Assembly (NCBI GenBank): GCA_951406725.2
Contig: OX597835.1
Span: forward strand, 49,972,001 to 50,036,000
DNA length: 64,000 nt
Source: Octopus vulgaris
Lineage: Eukaryota
Reading direction: 5' to 3'
Shown here: positions 61,627 to 64,000 of the stretch, in pieces
How the letters are laid out: each line of letters begins with the position of its first letter
Position numbering within the stretch: position 1 is the stretch's first letter
Program-made: the position numbers and the translations under genes
The notes under the pieces: model-generated
Told to the model about the DNA's origin: nothing
Database searches by the model: none
The model's input: only the letters and a program-made list of their open reading frames with translations

Positions 61627-62466
61627 TGGCACACGGGTAGCAATTTGGTGGGGGAAGGGGATTGGTCAGTAACATCAGCCTCAAAACTTGATGGCTACTT
61701 ATTCATATTAACGTGAAAAGGATGAAAGACAAAGTTAACCTTGGTGAAATTTGAACTCAGATTATAAAGAGCTGGAACAAAAAATGCTGTTAAGCAGTTT
61801 CTAAGAACGATTCTACCAGCTCATTGTCTTAATAATAATAATAATATTAATAATCTTATTAATAATATTAATAATTCCCTCTATGGTTTTTGTGCCGGTG
61901 GCACGTAAGAGCACCCACTTACACTCTTGGAGTGGTTGGCATAAGGAAGGGCATCCAGCTGTAGAAACTTTGCCAGATCAGATTGAAGCTTGGTGCAGCC
62001 TCCCAGCTTGCCAGTCCTCCTCAGTCAAACCGTTCAACCCATGCCAGAATGGAAAGTGGATGACAATGATATAAGCTCAAGGCCAGTAATTTCTGGGCGG
62101 GGCACAAGTCGATTACACCAGCCCCACCCGTACTTATTCCATTGACTGTGAAATGATGAGAGGCAAAGAATATATTTCATTAGTAACTAGCAGGATAGAA
62201 GGGTGGGTGGGTGCACGCACGCACACACACACACACACACACACATGCATAAATTCTAGTGTAAGCCAAGCAATAACTGCTAGAGATTATAATTGCTTAA
62301 TAACATTGTTCAATTGTAGAGAATCCTCAGAGTTCATCCAAGCTTACCATTTTCTCATTTTCTCTCCATTAACAGCATCGTATTTGAAACATCAGCAATT
62401 ATTATTGGACACAAATTAATGAGGGGACAAACTTTCAAGAAGTGTAAAATCTTTTTAATTACTTAC

Positions 62467-62551
62467 TTGCTGAAGAATTAAATCCTTTCTCCAAAACACT
62501 AAGATCTTCGTATGTTAAATCTATTGATGGGATCGAGTGACTTCCTGGGAT
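62467..62551 (-). CDS. RABL6: RABL6 (RBEL1) antepenultimate coding exon
   Basis: CTTCAG| acceptor, |GTAAGT donor; 85 nt, phase 0 to 1; IPGSHSIPSIDLTYEDLSVLEKGFNSSA; phase fits the next exon. Confidence 0.7.
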
Positions 62552-62831
62552 CTGAAGATGGGAACAGAAAATAGATATGGAAAGGGATAAGTAAAGGCAT
62601 TACAATATGGTGTGTATGTGTGCAACTACTCAGTTTAGATGGTCAGGGATTGTAGTATCACTTTGGTGTAATGGCTAGCACAGCTCTATGGTTCCCCACA
62701 TTAGAACATGGTGTTTGAATCCTACCAGGATAGAGACACACCATCAGAAAATGCTCAATTGTTATTCTTGGAAGCATTTTACAATAAAAAACATTATTTT
62801 AACATAACCTATCAATCTACCTAACTATATC

Positions 62832-62883
<52 letters not shown>

Positions 62884-63373
62884 TGTGTACGAAAGAGATT
62901 TAATAAAGGAATAAATGATAATCTTATGATCTTCATTAGTTTAGGATTGTTTCTGCTCTAAGATGCAGCGGAGTCATAGTTGAGTGCCTGAATAACTCTT
63001 TATTGCTTCAGTCCTTGATATATCAGGAACGTCTACGATGATGATGATGATGATAGTAATGACTTTTATTATGTTTATCAATTGGTATCACCATCATTAT
63101 TTTTCAGTGATCAGCATGTTTTCAGTTCATTGGACAAGGGACAGTATCTTCAAAAGTTTTAGGGGTGGATCATATTGACCCCCCACCCCAATACTAATTT
63201 TAACCTGGCATTTAATTTACCTCTCATTCATCTCCCATCTCTGAAAAGGTTTGACCTTTTGCCTGTGTCCACAGAGATGGAACCAGACATACAATTTTAT
63301 GCTGGTATACACAAATATATATACCTGTATACATACAAACACACGTGTATGTCTATGTGTGTGTGTGTGTGTA

Positions 63374-63700
63374 TACGAGGTGGTGTCAAAATATTCCCGA
63401 ACTAGTTCTGTAGCACACAAACAGATGGCAGCACATGGTTGCATGCACAGTGACCTTCATGGGGCTGAGTGACATTGCTGTGTTTACTTTGCATGATGTG
63501 AAATTTGTGTTTTTCTGATGACATGTTTGATGATGTCACACCTGCTGTTGATGACTTTTTTGACCATCAGAATCAAAGCTTCTTCACCAATGGGGTCCAA
63601 GCACTGTGACACCGACAGAAGAAGTGTGTGGACCATAAAAAAGATTATGTTGCAGAATAAACCACATTTGGTCACATTCGATAGGAGTATCATAAAAATC
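63374..63700 (+). mobile_element. Mariner-derived non-autonomous element
   Basis: TA|CGAGG start; remnant of the transposase C-terminus FFTNGVQAL*HRQKKCVDHKKDYV. Related ends near 13346-13460 and 57382-57495. Confidence 0.6.
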
Positions 63701-64000
63701 CCATTCCCTGTGACCCTGGAATTGTTTTGAGATTGGAAAAGCAAAATCTGTCAGTCATAAAGAAAAAAAAGGGGCCACCAAAAGCTACAAATACCAAACT
63801 TCTGAGAAGCTATTCAGATGGCACCAATACTTGGAAGAGTTCATGCATCATTCAAAACTTCCAGGCTTTCTGAGATTCGCCAACACTACACCTGATTTTC
63901 TCCCCTCCATACACATGCAAGCATGTATCTGACTCATACACTGTTCACTTCCCAGACATTTGCACATCACTGCATATACTTTATATGCACTTTCGACAAG

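Noticed and set aside
59544-62551. Alternative identity as AP3D1 because of the Lys-rich tract
   Set aside because: The ORF terminates in LEAFL...GGEDYESL, which fits the RABL6 C-terminus; AP3D1 continues into an ear domain.

Overview
Eukaryotic, AT-rich, repeat-dense animal DNA, most likely an octopus. That is an inference from the SINE/RTE repertoire and the abundant (TA)n, (GA)n and (AAT)n tracts. Three host genes were reconstructed by hand, all on the minus strand: (1) the first nine coding exons of SMARCAD1/Fun30 (30389 down to 740), with two CUE-like domains and the start of the SNF2 ATPase, consistent splice phases, and the gene running off the left edge; (2) an intronless 629-aa UFSP2 (49549-51438); (3) the last three coding exons of RABL6 (62551 down to 59544). 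The remainder is decayed mobile DNA: RTE LINEs (one family with a PHD finger inside the RT, another with three C-terminal C2H2 fingers), an L1/Tx1 fragment, a compound Helitron, tRNA-derived SINEs, and hAT, piggyBac and mariner MITEs. The most unusual signal is a set of non-coding fold-back elements sitting between (TA)n tracts (40195-40625, 45693-46136, 55449-55738). Each arm carries an outward-pointing hammerhead ribozyme or hammerhead-like motif, and there is a further solo hammerhead at 45385-45435. These are probably derived from Penelope-like retroelement termini. Most short ORFs in the supplied track are spurious. All coordinates were counted by eye; repeat boundaries are approximate.
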